From NCBI GenBank assembly GCA_964016885.1, contig OZ024743.1:321470001-321534000 (forward strand): 64,000 bases of DNA. The letters are read 5' to 3'. Below, one piece after another: positions 28,939-41,295 of the stretch; positions within the stretch are counted from its first letter, which is position 1, and each line of letters starts with the position of its first letter. Under the pieces are notes generated by a model, which worked only from the letters and a program-made list of their open reading frames with translations, was not told where the DNA came from and did not search any database. This DNA is from Eledone cirrhosa (taxonomy: Eukaryota). Both the position numbers and the translations under genes were made by a program.

Positions 28939-31900
28939 ATGGACCAACACAGCAACATTGTGCTGAAGTGCAGACACACAGCAACATTGTGTGGAAGTGG
29001 AGCCACACAGCAACATTGTGTTGAAGAGGAGCCACACAGCAACATTGTGCTGATGTAGAGCCACACAGCAACATTGCGCTGAAGTAGAGCCACACAGCAA
29101 CATTGTGCTGAAGTAGAGCCACACAGCAACATTGTGCTGAAGTAGAGCCACACAGCAACATTGTGTTGAAGTGGAGCCACACAGCAACATTGTGCTGAAG
29201 TGGAGTCACACAGCAACATTGTGTTGAAGTGGAGCCACACAGCAACATTGTGTTGAAGTGGGGCCACATAGCAACATCGTGTCGAAGTGGAGCCACACAG
29301 CAACATTGTGTTGAAGTGGAGCCACACAGCCACATTGTGTTGAAGTAGAGCCACATAGCAACATTGTGTTGAAGTAGAACCACACAGCAACATTGTGCTG
29401 AAGTGGAGCCACGCAGCAACATTGTGCTGAAGTGGAGTCACACAGCAACATTGTGTTGAAGTGGAGCCACACAGCAACATTGTGCTGTAGTCGAGCCACA
29501 CAGCAACATTGTGCTGAAATGGAGCCACACAGCAACATTGTGCTGAAGTGGAGCCATACACCAACATTGTGTTGAAGTGCAGACAAAAAGCAACATTGTG
29601 TTGAAGTGGAGCCACACAGCAACATTGTGTTGAAGAGGAGCCACACAGCAACATTGTGCTGAAGTAGAGCCACACAGCAAAATTGTGCTGAAGAAGAGCC
29701 AAACAGCAACATTGTGCTGAAGTAGAGCCACACAGCAACATTGTGCTGAAGTAGAGCCACACAGCAACATTGTGTTGAAGTGGATCCACACAGCAACATT
29801 GTGCTGAAGTGGAGTCACACAGCAACATTGTGTTGAAGTGGAGCCACACAGCAAAATCGTGCTGAAGTGGGCCCACATAGCAACATTGTGTTGAAGTGGA
29901 GCCACACAGCAACATTGTGTTGAAGTGGAACCACACGGCAACATCGTGCTGAAGTGGAGCCACCCAGCAACATTGTGCTGAAGTGGAGCGACACAGCAAC
30001 ATTGTGCTGAAGTGGAGCCACACAGCAACATTGTGTTGAAGTGGAGCCACACAGCAACATTGTGCTGAAGTGGATCCACACAGCAACATTGTGCTGAAGT
30101 GGAGACACACAGCAACATTGTGTTGAAGTGGAGCCACACAGCAACATGGTGTTGAAGAGGTGCCACAAGGCAACATTGTGCTGAAGTGGAGTCACCCAGC
30201 AACATTGTGTTGAAGTGAGGCCACACAGCTTCATTGTGTTGAAGTGGAGTCACACAGCAACATTGAGTTGAAGTGGAGCCACACAGCAACATTGTGCCGA
30301 AGTGGAGCCACACAGCAACATTGTGCTGAAATGGACCAACACAGCAACATTGTGCTGAAGTGGAGCCACACACCAACATTGTGTTGAAGTGCAGACACAC
30401 AGCAACATTGTGTGGAAGTGGAGCCACACAGCAACATTGTGCTGAACTAGAACCACACAGCAACATTGCGCTGAAGTAGAGCCACACAGCAACATTGTGC
30501 TGAAGTAGAGCCACACAGCAACATTGTGCTGAAGTAGAGCCACACAGCAACATTGTGTTGAAGTGGAGCCACACAGCAACATTGTGCTGAAGTGGAGCCA
30601 CACAGCCACATTGTGTTGAAGTGGAGCCACATAGTTACATTGTGTTGAAGTAGAGCCACTCAGCAACATTCTGCTGAAGTGGAGCCACACAGCAACATTG
30701 TGCTGAAGTGGAGTCAAATAGCAACATTGTGTTGAAGTGAGGCCACACATCAACATTTGTTGAAGTGGAGGCACACAGCAACATTGAGTTGAAGTGGATC
30801 CACACAGCAACATTGTGCTGAAGTGGATCCACACAGCAACATTGTGTTGAAGTGGAACCACACAGCAACATTGTGCTGAAGTGGAGCCACCCAGCAACAT
30901 TGTGCTGAAGTGGGCGACACAGCAACATTGTGCTGAAGTGGAGCCACACAGCAACATTGTGCTGAAGTGGATCCACACAACAACATTGTGCTGAAGTGGA
31001 GACACACATCAACATTGTGTTGAAGTGGAGCCACACAGCAACATGGTGTTGAAGTGGTGCCACCCGGCAACATTGTGCTGAAGTGGTGCCACACAGCAAC
31101 ATTGTGCTGAAGTGGAGTCAAATAGCAACATTGTGTTGAAGTTGAGCCACACAGCAATATTGTGTTGAAGTGGAGGCACACAGCAATATTGTGCTGAAGT
31201 GGAGCCACACAACAACATTGTGCTGAAGTGGAGCCACACAGCAACATTGTGCTGAAGTGAAGCCACACAGCAACATTGTGTTGAAGTGGAGCCACACAGC
31301 AACATTGTGCTGAAGTGAGGTCACACAGCAACATTGTGTTGAAGTAGAGCAACACAGCAACATTGTGTTGAAGTAGACCCACACAGCAACATTGTGCTGA
31401 AGTGGAGCCACACAGGAACATTGTGTTTAAGTGGAGGCCACACAGCAACATTGTGCTGAAGTGGAGTCAAATAGCAACATTGTGTTGAAGTGAGGTCACA
31501 CAGCAACATTGTGTTGAAGTGGAGCCACACAGCAACATTGAGTTGAAGTGGAGCCACACAGCAACATTGTGCTGAAGTGGAGCCACACAAAAACATTGTG
31601 TTGAAGTGGATCCACACAGCAACATTGAGTTGAAGTGGAGCAACACAGCAACATTGTGCTGAAGTGGAGCGACACAGCAACATTGTGCTGAAGTGGAGCC
31701 ACACAGCAACATTGTGCTGAAGTGGAGCCACACAGCAACATTGTGCTGAAGTGGGCCCACATAGCAACATTGTGTTGAAGTGGTCCCACACAGCAACATT
31801 GTGCTGAAGTAGAGCCACACAGCAACATTGTGCTGAAGTGGAGCCACACAGCAACATTGTGCTGAAGTGGGCCCACATAGCAACATTGTGTTGAAGTGGT

Positions 31901-34900
31901 CCCACACAGCAACATTGTGCTGAAGTGGTGCCACACAGCAACATTGTGCTGAAGTGGAGTCAAATAGCAACATTGTGTTGAAGTGAGGTCACACAGCAAC
32001 ATTGTGTTGAAGTGGAGCCACACAGCAACATTGAGTTGAAGTGGAGCCACACAGTAACATTGTGCTGAAGTGGAGCCACACAAAAACATTGTGTTGAAGT
32101 GGATCCACACAGCAACATTGAGTTGAAGTGGAGCAACACAGCAACATTGTGCTGAAGTGGAGCGACACAGCAACATTGTGCTGAAGTGGAGCCACACAGC
32201 AACATTGTGCTGAAGTGGAGCCACACAGCAACATTGTGCTGAAGTGGGCCCACATAGCAACATTGTGTTGAAGTGGTCCCACACAGCAACATTGTGCTGA
32301 AGTAGAGCCACACAGCAACATTGTGTTGAAGTGGAGCCACACAGCAACTTTGTGTTGAAGTGGAACCACACAGCAACATTGTGCTGAAGTGGAGCCACCC
32401 AGCAACATTGTGCTGAAGTGGAGCAACACAGCAACATTGTGCTGAAGTGGAGCCACACAGCAACATTGTGCTGAAGTTGATCCACACAGCAACATTGTGC
32501 TGAAGTGGAGACACACAGCAACATTGTGTTGAAGTGGAGCCACACAGCAACATGGTGTTGAAGTGGTGCCACCCAGCAACATTGTGCTGAAGTGGAGTCA
32601 AATAGCAACGTTGTGTTGAAGTGAGGCCACACAGCATCATTGTGTTGAAGTGGAGCCACACAACAACATTGAGTTGAAGTGGAGCCACACAGCAACATTG
32701 TGCTGAAGTGGAGCCACACAACAACATTGTGTTGAAGTGGATCCACACAGCAACATTGAGTTGAAGTGGAGCAACACAGCAACATTGTGCTGAAGTGAGG
32801 TCATACAGCAACATTGTGCTGAAGTGGAGCCACACAGCAACATTGTGTTGAAGTGGAGCCACACAGCCACATTGTGTTGAAGTGGAGCCACACAGCAACA
32901 TTGTGTTGAAGTGGAGCCACACAGCAACATTGTGATGAAGTGGAGCCACACAGCAACATTGTGCTGAAGTGGAGCCACACAGCAACATTGTGCTGAAATG
33001 GACCAACACAGCAACATTGTGCTGAAGTGGAGCCACACACCAACATTGTGTTGAAGTGCAGACACACAGCAACATTGTGTGGAAGTGGAGCCATACAGCA
33101 ACATTGTGTTGAAGAGGAGCCACACAGCAACATTGTGCTGATGTAGAGCCACACAGCAACATTGCGCTGAAGTAGAGCCACACAGCAACATTGTGCTGAA
33201 GTAGAGCCACACAGCAACATTGTGCTGAAGTAGAGCCACACAGCAACATTGTGTTGAAGTGGAGCCACACAGCAACATTGTGCTGAAGTGGAGTCACACA
33301 GCAACATTGTGTTGAAGTGGAGCCACACAGCAACATTGTGTTGAAGTGGGGCCACATAGCAACATCGTGTTGAAGTGGAGCCACACAGCAACATTGTGTT
33401 GAAGTGGAGCCACACAGCCACATTGTGTTGAAGTAGAGCCACATAGCAACATTGTGTTGAAGTAGAACCACACAGCAACATTGTGCTGAAGTGGAGCCAC
33501 GCAGCAACATTGTGCTGAAGTGGAGTCACACTGCAACATTGTGTTGAAGTGGAGCCACACAGCAACATTGTGCTGTAGTCGACCCACACAGCAACATTGT
33601 GCTGAAATGGAGCCACACAGCAACATTGTGCTGAAGTGGAGCCATACACCAACATTGTGTTGAAGTGCAGACAAACAGCAACATTGTGTTGAAGTGGAGC
33701 CACACAGCAACATTGTGTTGAAGAGGAGCCACACAACAACATTGTGCTGAAGTAGAGCCACACAGGAAAATTGTGCTGAAGAAGAGCCAAACAGCAACAT
33801 TGTGCTGAAGTAGAGCCACACAGCAACATTGTGCTGAAGTAGAGCCACACAGCAACATTGTGTTGAAGTGGATCCACACAGCAACATTGTGCTGAAGTGG
33901 AGTCACACAGCAACATTGTGTTGAAGTGGAGCCACACAGCAACATCGTGCTGAAGTGGGCCCACATAGCAACTTTGTGTTGAAGTGGAGCCACACAGCAA
34001 CATTGTGTTGAAGTGGAACCACACGGCAACATCGTGCTGAAGTGGAGCCACCCAGCAACATTGTGCTGAAGTGGAGCGACACAGCAACATTGTGCTGAAG
34101 TGGAGCCACACAGCAACATTGTGTTGAAGTGGAGCCACACAGCAACATTGTGCTGAAGTGGATCCACACAGCAACATTGTGCTGAAGTGGAGCCACACAG
34201 CAACATTGTGCTGAAATGGACCAACACAGCAACATTGTGCTGAAGTGCAGACACACAGCAACATTGTGTGGAAGTGGAGCCACACAGCAACATTGTGTTG
34301 AAGAGGAGCCACACAGCAACATTGTGCTGATGTAGAGCCACACAGCAACATTGCGCTGAAGTAGAGCCACACAGCAACATTGTGCTGAAGTAGAGCCACA
34401 CAGCAACATTGTGCTGAAGTAGAGCCACACAGCAACATTGTGTTGAAGTGAAGCCACACAGCAACATTGTGCTGAAGTGGAGTCACACAGCAACATTGTG
34501 TTGAAGTGGAGCCACACAGCAACATTGTGTTGAAGTGGGGCCACATAGCAACATCGTGTTGAAGTGGAGCCACACAGCAACATTGTGTTGAAGTGGAGCC
34601 ACACAGCCACATTGTGTTGAAGTAGAGCCACATAGCAACATTGTGTTGAAGTAGAACCACACAGCAACATTGTGCTGAAGTGGAGCCACGCAGCAACATT
34701 GTGCTGAAGTGGAGTCACACAGCAACATTGTGTTGAAGTGGAGCCACACAGCAACATTGTGCTGTAGTCGAGCCACACAGCAACATTGTGCTGAAATGGA
34801 GCCACACAGCAACATTGTGCTGAAGTGGAGCCATACACCAACATTGTGTTGAAGTGCAGACAAAAAGCAACATTGTGTTGAAGTGGAGCCACACAGCAAC

Positions 34901-36730
34901 ATTGTGTTGAAGAGGAGCCACACAGCAACATTGTGCTGAAGTAGAGCCACACAGCAAAATTGTGCTGAAGAAGAGCCAAACAGCAACATTGTGCTGAAGT
35001 AGAGCCACACAGCAACATTGTGCTGAAGTAGAGCCACACAGCAACATTGTGTTGAAGTGGATCCACACAGCAACATTGTGCTGAAGTGGAGTCACACAGC
35101 AACATTGTGTTGAAGTGGAGCCACACAGCAAAATCGTGCTGAAGTGGGCCCACATAGCAACATTGTGTTGAAGTGGAGCCACACAGCAACATTGTGTTGA
35201 AGTGGAACCACACGGCAACATCGTGCTGAAGTGGAGCCACCCAGCAACATTGTGCTGAAGTGGAGCGACACAGCAACATTGTGCTGAAGTGGAGCCACAC
35301 AGCAACATTGTGTTGAAGTGGAGCCACACAGCAACATTGTGCTGAAGTGGATCCACACAGCAACATTGTGCTGAAGTGGAGACACACAGCAACATTGTGT
35401 TGAAGTGGAGCCACACAGCAACATGGTGTTGAAGAGGTGCCACAAGGCAACATTGTGCTGAAGTGGAGTCACCCAGCAACATTGTGTTGAAGTGAGGCCA
35501 CACAGCTTCATTGTGTTGAAGTGGAGTCACACAACAACATTGAGTTGAAGTGGAGCCACACAGCAACATTGTGCCGAAGTGGAGCCACACAGCAACATTG
35601 TGCTGAAATGGACCAACACAGCAACATTGTGCTGAAGTGGAGCCACACACCAACATTGTGTTGAAGTGCAGACACACAGCAACATTGTGTGGAAGTGGAG
35701 CCACACAGCAACATTGTGCTGAACTAGAACCACACAGCAACATTGCGCTGAAGTAGAGCCACACAGCAACATTGTGCTGAAGTAGAGCCACACAGCAACA
35801 TTGTGCTGAAGTAGAGCCACACAGCAACATTGTGTTGAAGTGGAGCCACACAGCAACATTGTGCTGAAGTGGAGCCACACAGCCACATTGTGTTGAAGTG
35901 GAGCCACATAGTTACATTGTGTTGAAGTAGAGTCACTCAGCAACATTGTGCTGAAGTGGAGCCACACAGCAACATTGTGCTGAAGTGGAGTCAAATAGCA
36001 ACATTGTGTTGAAGTGAGGCCACACATCAACATTTGTTGAAGTGGAGGCACACAGCAACATTGAGTTGAAGTGGATCCACACAGCAACATTGTGCTGAAG
36101 TGGATCCACACAGCAACATTGTGTTGAAGTGGAACCACACAGCAACATTGTGCTGAAGTGGAGCCACCCAGCAACATTGTGCTGAAGTGGGCGACACAGC
36201 AACATTGTGCTGAAGTGGAGCCACACAGCAACATTGTGCTGAAGTGGATCCACACAACAACATTGTGCTGAAGTGGAGACACACATCAACATTGTGTTGA
36301 AGTGGAGCCACACAGCAACATGGTGTTGAAGTGGTGCCACCCGGCAACATTGTGCTGAAGTGGTGCCACACAGCAACATTGTGCTGAAGTGGAGTCAAAT
36401 AGCAACATTGTGTTGAAGTTGAGCCACACAGCAATATTGTGTTGAAGTGGAGGCACACAGCAATATTGTGCTGAAGTGGAGTCACACAACAACATTGTGC
36501 TGAAGTGGAGCCACACAGCAACATTGTGCTGAAGTGAAGCCACACAGCAACATTGTGTTGAAGTGGAGTCACACAGCAACATTGTGCTGAAGTGAGGTCA
36601 CACAGCAACATTGTGTTGAAGTAGAGCAACACAGCAACATTGTGTTGAAGTAGACCCACACAGCAACATTGTGCTGAAGTGGAGCCACACAGGAACATTG
36701 TGTTTAAGTGGAGGCCACACAGCAACATTG
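26680..36730. repeat. ~5277-bp period duplication (~26.7-31.45 kb copied at ~31.93-36.73 kb) separated by a 493-bp (17-monomer) partial repeat
   Basis: ORF offsets +5277 (27524/32801, 28626/33903, 29438/34715, 30250/35527, 31009/36286) with a few substitutions. TCAAATAGC at 31467 and 31960 (493 bp apart). Confidence 0.87.
27770..30100. repeat. 1189-bp HOR (exactly 41 monomers), tandem pair; further copies at ~24.4-25.6, ~33.05-34.2 and ~34.24-35.4 kb
   Basis: Offsets 28233/29422, 28610/29799 and 33510/34699. Shared markers CTGATGTAG, GTAGAACC, CTGTAGTCGA, GAAGAAGAGCCAAAC, CCACACGGCAACATCG. Confidence 0.85.
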
Positions 36731-39700
36731 TGTTGAAGTGGAGCCATACAGCAACATTCTGCGGAAGTGGAGCCACACAGCTACATTGTGTTGAAGTGGA
36801 GCCACACAGCAACATTGTGCTGAAGTGGAGAGACACAGCAACATTGTGCTGAAGTGGAGCCACACAGCAACATTGTGCGGAAGTGGAGCAACACAGCAAC
36901 ATTGTGTTGAAGTGGAACCACACAGCAACAATGTGCTGAAGTGGATCCACACAGCAACATTGTGCAGAAGTGGAGCTACACAGCAACATTGTGTTGAAGT
37001 GGAGCCACACAGCAACATTGTGCTGAAGTGGAGAGACACAGCAACATTGTGCTGAAGTGGAGCCACACAGCAACATTGTGTGGAAGTGGAGCCACACAGC
37101 AACATTGTGTTGAAGTGGAGCCACACAGCAACATTGTGCTGTAGTGGAGCCACACAGCAACATTGTGCAGAAGTGGAGCTACACAGCAACATTGTGTTGA
37201 AGTGGGGCCACAACAACATGGTGTTGAAGTGATCCCACCCACCAACATTGTGCTGAAGTGGAGCCACACAGCAACATTGTGCTGAAATGGAGCCACACAG
37301 CAACATTGTGCGGAAGTGGAGCCACACAGCAACATTGTGTTGAAGTGGAGCCACACAGCAACATTGTGCTGAAGTGAAGCCACATAGCAAAATTGTGTTG
37401 AAGTGGAGCCACACAGCAACATTGTGCTGAAGTGGAGCCACACAGCAACATTGTGTTGAAGTGGAGCCACACAGCAACATTGTGCTGAAGTGAGGTCACA
37501 CAGCAACATTGTGCTGAAGTGGAGCCACACAGCAACATTGTGCTGAAGTGAAGCCACACAGCAACATTGTGTTGAAGTGCAGCCACACAGCAACATTGTG
37601 CTGAAGTGAGGTCACACAGCAACATTGTGTTGAAGTAGAGCAACACAGCAATATTGTGTTGAAGTAGACCCACACAGCAACATTGTGCTGAAGTGGAGCC
37701 ACACAGGAACATTGTGTTTAAGTGGAGGCCACACAGCAACATTGTGTTGAAGTGGACCCACACAGCAACATTGTGCGGAAGTGGAGCCACACAGCAACAT
37801 TGTGTTGAAGTGGAGCCACACAGCAACATTGTGCTGAAGTGGAGAGACACAGCAACATTGTGCTGAAGTGGAGCCACACAGCAACATGGTGTTGAAGTGA
37901 TCCCACCCACCAACATTGTGCTGAAGTGGAGCCACACAGCAACATTGTGCTGAAGTGGAGCCACACAGCAACATTGTGCGGAAGTGGAGCCACACTGCAA
38001 CATTGAGTTGAAGTGGAGCCACACAGCAACATTGTGCGGAAGTGGAGCCACACAGCAACATTGTGTTGAAGTGGAGTCACATAGCAACACTGTGTTGAAG
38101 TGGAGCCACACAGCAACATTGTGTTGTAGTGGGGCCACACAGCAACATTGTGCTAAAGTGGTGCCACACGGCAACATCGTGCTGAAGTGGAGTCACATAG
38201 CAACATTTGGCTGAAGTGGAGCCACACAGCAAAATTGTGTTGAAGTGGATCCACACAGCAACATTGTGTTGAAGTGGAGCCACACAAAAATATTATGTTT
38301 AAGTGGAGCTACACAGAAACATTGTGCTGAAGTGGAGACACACAGCAACATTGTGTTGAAGTGGAGCCACACAGCAACATTGTGCTGAAGTGGAGCCACA
38401 CAGCAACGTTGTGTTGAAGTGGAGTCACACAGCAACATTGTGCTGAAGTGAGGTCACACAGCAACATTGTGTTGAAGTAGAGCCACACAGCAACATTGTG
38501 CTGAAGTGAGGTCACACAGCAACATTGTGTTGAAGTAGAGCAACACAGCAACATTGTGTTGAAGTAGACCCACACAGCAACATTGTGCTGAAGTGGAGCC
38601 ACACAGGAACATTGTGTTTAAGTGGAGGCCACACAGCAACATTGTGTTGAAGTGGAGCCATACAGCAACATTGTGCGGAAGTGGAGCCACACAGCAACAT
38701 TGTGTTGAAGTGGAGCCACACAGCAACATTGTGCTGAAGTGGAGAGACACAGCAACATTGTGCTGAAGTGGAGCCACACAGCAACATTGTGCGGAAGTGG
38801 AGCCACACAGCAACATTGTGTTGAAGTGGAGCCACACAGCAACATTGTGCTGAAGTGGATCCACACAGCAACATTGTGCAGAAGTGGAGCTACACAGCAA
38901 CATTGTGTTGAAGTGGAGCCACAACAACATGGTGTTGAAGTGATCCCACCCACCAACATTGTGCTGAAGTGGAGCCACACAGCAACATTGTGCTGAAGTG
39001 GATCCACACAGCAACATTGTGCGGAAGTGGAGCCACACAGCAACATTGTGTTGAATTGGAGCCACACAGCAACATTGTGCTGAAGTGAAGCCACATAGCA
39101 AAATTGTGTTGAAGTGGAGCCACACAGCAACATTGTGCTGAAGTGGAGCCACACAGCAACATTGTGTTGAAGTGGAGCCACACAGCAACATTGTGCTGAA
39201 GTGAGGTCACACAGCAACATTGTGTTGAAGTAGAGCCACACAGCAACATTGTGCTGAAGTGGAGCCACACAGCAACATTGTGCTGAAGTGAAGCCACACA
39301 GCAACATTGTGTTAAAGTAGAGCAACACAGCAACATTGTGTTGAAGTAGACCCACACAGCAACATTGTGCTGAAGTGGATCCACACAGGAACATTGTGTT
39401 TAAGTGGAGGCCACACAGCAACATTGTGTTGAAGTGGAGCCACACAGCAACATTGTGCGGAAGTGGAGCCACACAGCAACATTGTGTTGAAGTGGAGCCA
39501 CACAGCAACATTGTGCTGAAGTGGAGAGACACAGCAACATTGTGCTGAAGTGGAGCCACACAGCAACATGGTGTTGAAGTGATCCCACCCACCAACATTG
39601 TGCTGAAGTGGAGCCACACAGCAACATTGTGCTGAAGTGGAGCCACACAGCAACATTGTGCGGAAGTGGAGCCACACAGCAACATTGAGTTGAAGTGGAG

Positions 39701-41295
39701 CCACACAGCAACATTGTGCGGAAGTGGAGCCACACAGCAACATTGTGTTGAAGTGGAGCCACACAGCAACATTGTGTTGAAGTGGGGCCACACAGCAACA
39801 TTGGGCTAAAGTGGTGCCACACGGCAACATCGTGTTGAAGTGGAGTCACATAGCAACATTTGGCTGAAGTGGAGCCACACAGCAATATTGTGTTGAAGGG
39901 GAGCCACGCAGCAACATGGTGCTGAAGTGGAGCCACACAGCAACATTTGCTGAAGTGAAGCCACACAGCAACATTGAGTTGAAGTGGAGCCACACAGCAA
40001 CATTGTGCTGAAGTGATGTCACACAGCAACATTGTGTTGAAGTAGAGCCACACAGCAACATTGTGCTGAAGTGGAGCCACACAGCAACATTGTGCTGAAG
40101 TGAAGCCACACAGCAACATTGTGTTGAAGTGGAGCCACACAGCAACATTGTGCTGAAGTGAGGTCACATAGCAACATTGTGTTGAAGTAGAGCAACACAG
40201 CAACATTGTGTTGAAGTAGACCCACACAGCAACATTGTGTTGAAGTGGAGCCACACAGGAACATTGTGTTTAAGTGGAGGCCACACAGCAACATTGTGTT
40301 GAAGTGGAGCCACACAGCAACATTGTGCGGAAGTGGAGCCACACAGCAACATTGTGTTGAAGTGGATCCACACAGCAACATTGTGCTGAAGTGGAGAGAC
40401 ACAGCAACATTGTGCTGAAGTGGCGCCACACAGCAACATGGTGTTGAAGTGATCCCACCCACCAACATTGTGCTGAAGTGGATCCACACAGCAACATTGT
40501 GCTGAAGTGGAGCCACACAGCAACATTGTGCGGAAGTGGAGCCACACAGCAACATTGAGTTGAAGTGGAGCCACACAGCAACATTGTGCGGAAGTGGAGC
40601 TACACAGCAACATTGTGTTGAAGTGGAGTCACATAGCAACACTGTGTTGAAGTGGAGCCACACAGCAACATTGTGTTGAAGTGGGGCCACACAGCAACAT
40701 TGTGCTAAAGTGGTGCCACACGGCAACATCGTGCTGAAGTGGAGTCACATAGCAACATTTGGCTGAAGTGGAGCCACACAGCAATATTGTGTTGAAGGGG
40801 ATCCACACAGCAACATGGTGCTGAAGTGGAGCCACACAGCAACATTTGCTGAAGTGAAGCCACACAGCAACATTGAGTTGAAGTGGAGCCACACAGCAAC
40901 ATTGTGCTGAAGTGAGGTCACACAGCAACATTGTGCTGAAGTGAGGTCACACAGCAACATTGTGTTGAAGTAGAGCCACACAGCGAGATTGTGCTGAAGT
41001 GGAGCCACACAGCAACATTGTGCTGAAGTGGACACACACAGCAACATTGTGCTGAAGTGAAGCCACACAGCAACATTGTGTTGAAGTGGAGCCACACAGC
41101 AATATTTTGCTGAAGTGGAGTCACATAGCAACATTGTGTTGAAGTGGAGCCACACAGCAACATTGTGTTGAATTGGTGCTACACAGCAACATTGTGTTGA
41201 AGTGGAGTCACACAGCAACATTGTGCTGAAGTAGAGCCACATAGCAACACTGTGTTGAAGTGGAGCCACATAGCAACACTGTGTTGAAGTGGAGC
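36400..41295. repeat. Satellite sub-family domain B, ~0.8-1.0-kb HOR
   Basis: Diagnostic variants TGTGCGGAAG, GTGATCCCACCCACC, GGAGAGACAC, GTAGAGCAAC+GTAGACCCAC and the 30-bp unit TGTTTAAGTGGAGGCC near 36700, 37714, 38614, 39396 and 40266 (spacings 1014, 900, 782, 870). Confidence 0.85.

Larger units (their letters stand above)
1..36400. repeat. Satellite sub-family domain A (HORs built from shuffled multi-monomer modules)
   Basis: Diagnostic variants confined to this interval: GAGTCAAATAGC, GGTGCCACCCGGC, AAATGGACCAAC, TTGCGCTG and the 28-bp unit CATCAACATTTGTTG (near 2040, 5110, 7022, 10092, 12236, 15276, 17186, 18925, 19881, 21358, 22922, 26255, 30748, 36025). Confidence 0.85.

Noticed and set aside
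36825-38996. Three short plus-strand ORFs (36825-37055, 37984-38214, 38739-38996)
   Set aside because: They result from TGA-destroying variants (GCGGAA, GCAGAA, TTGTAG, CTAAAG) happening to fall in frame. They are 76-85 aa of pure repeat.
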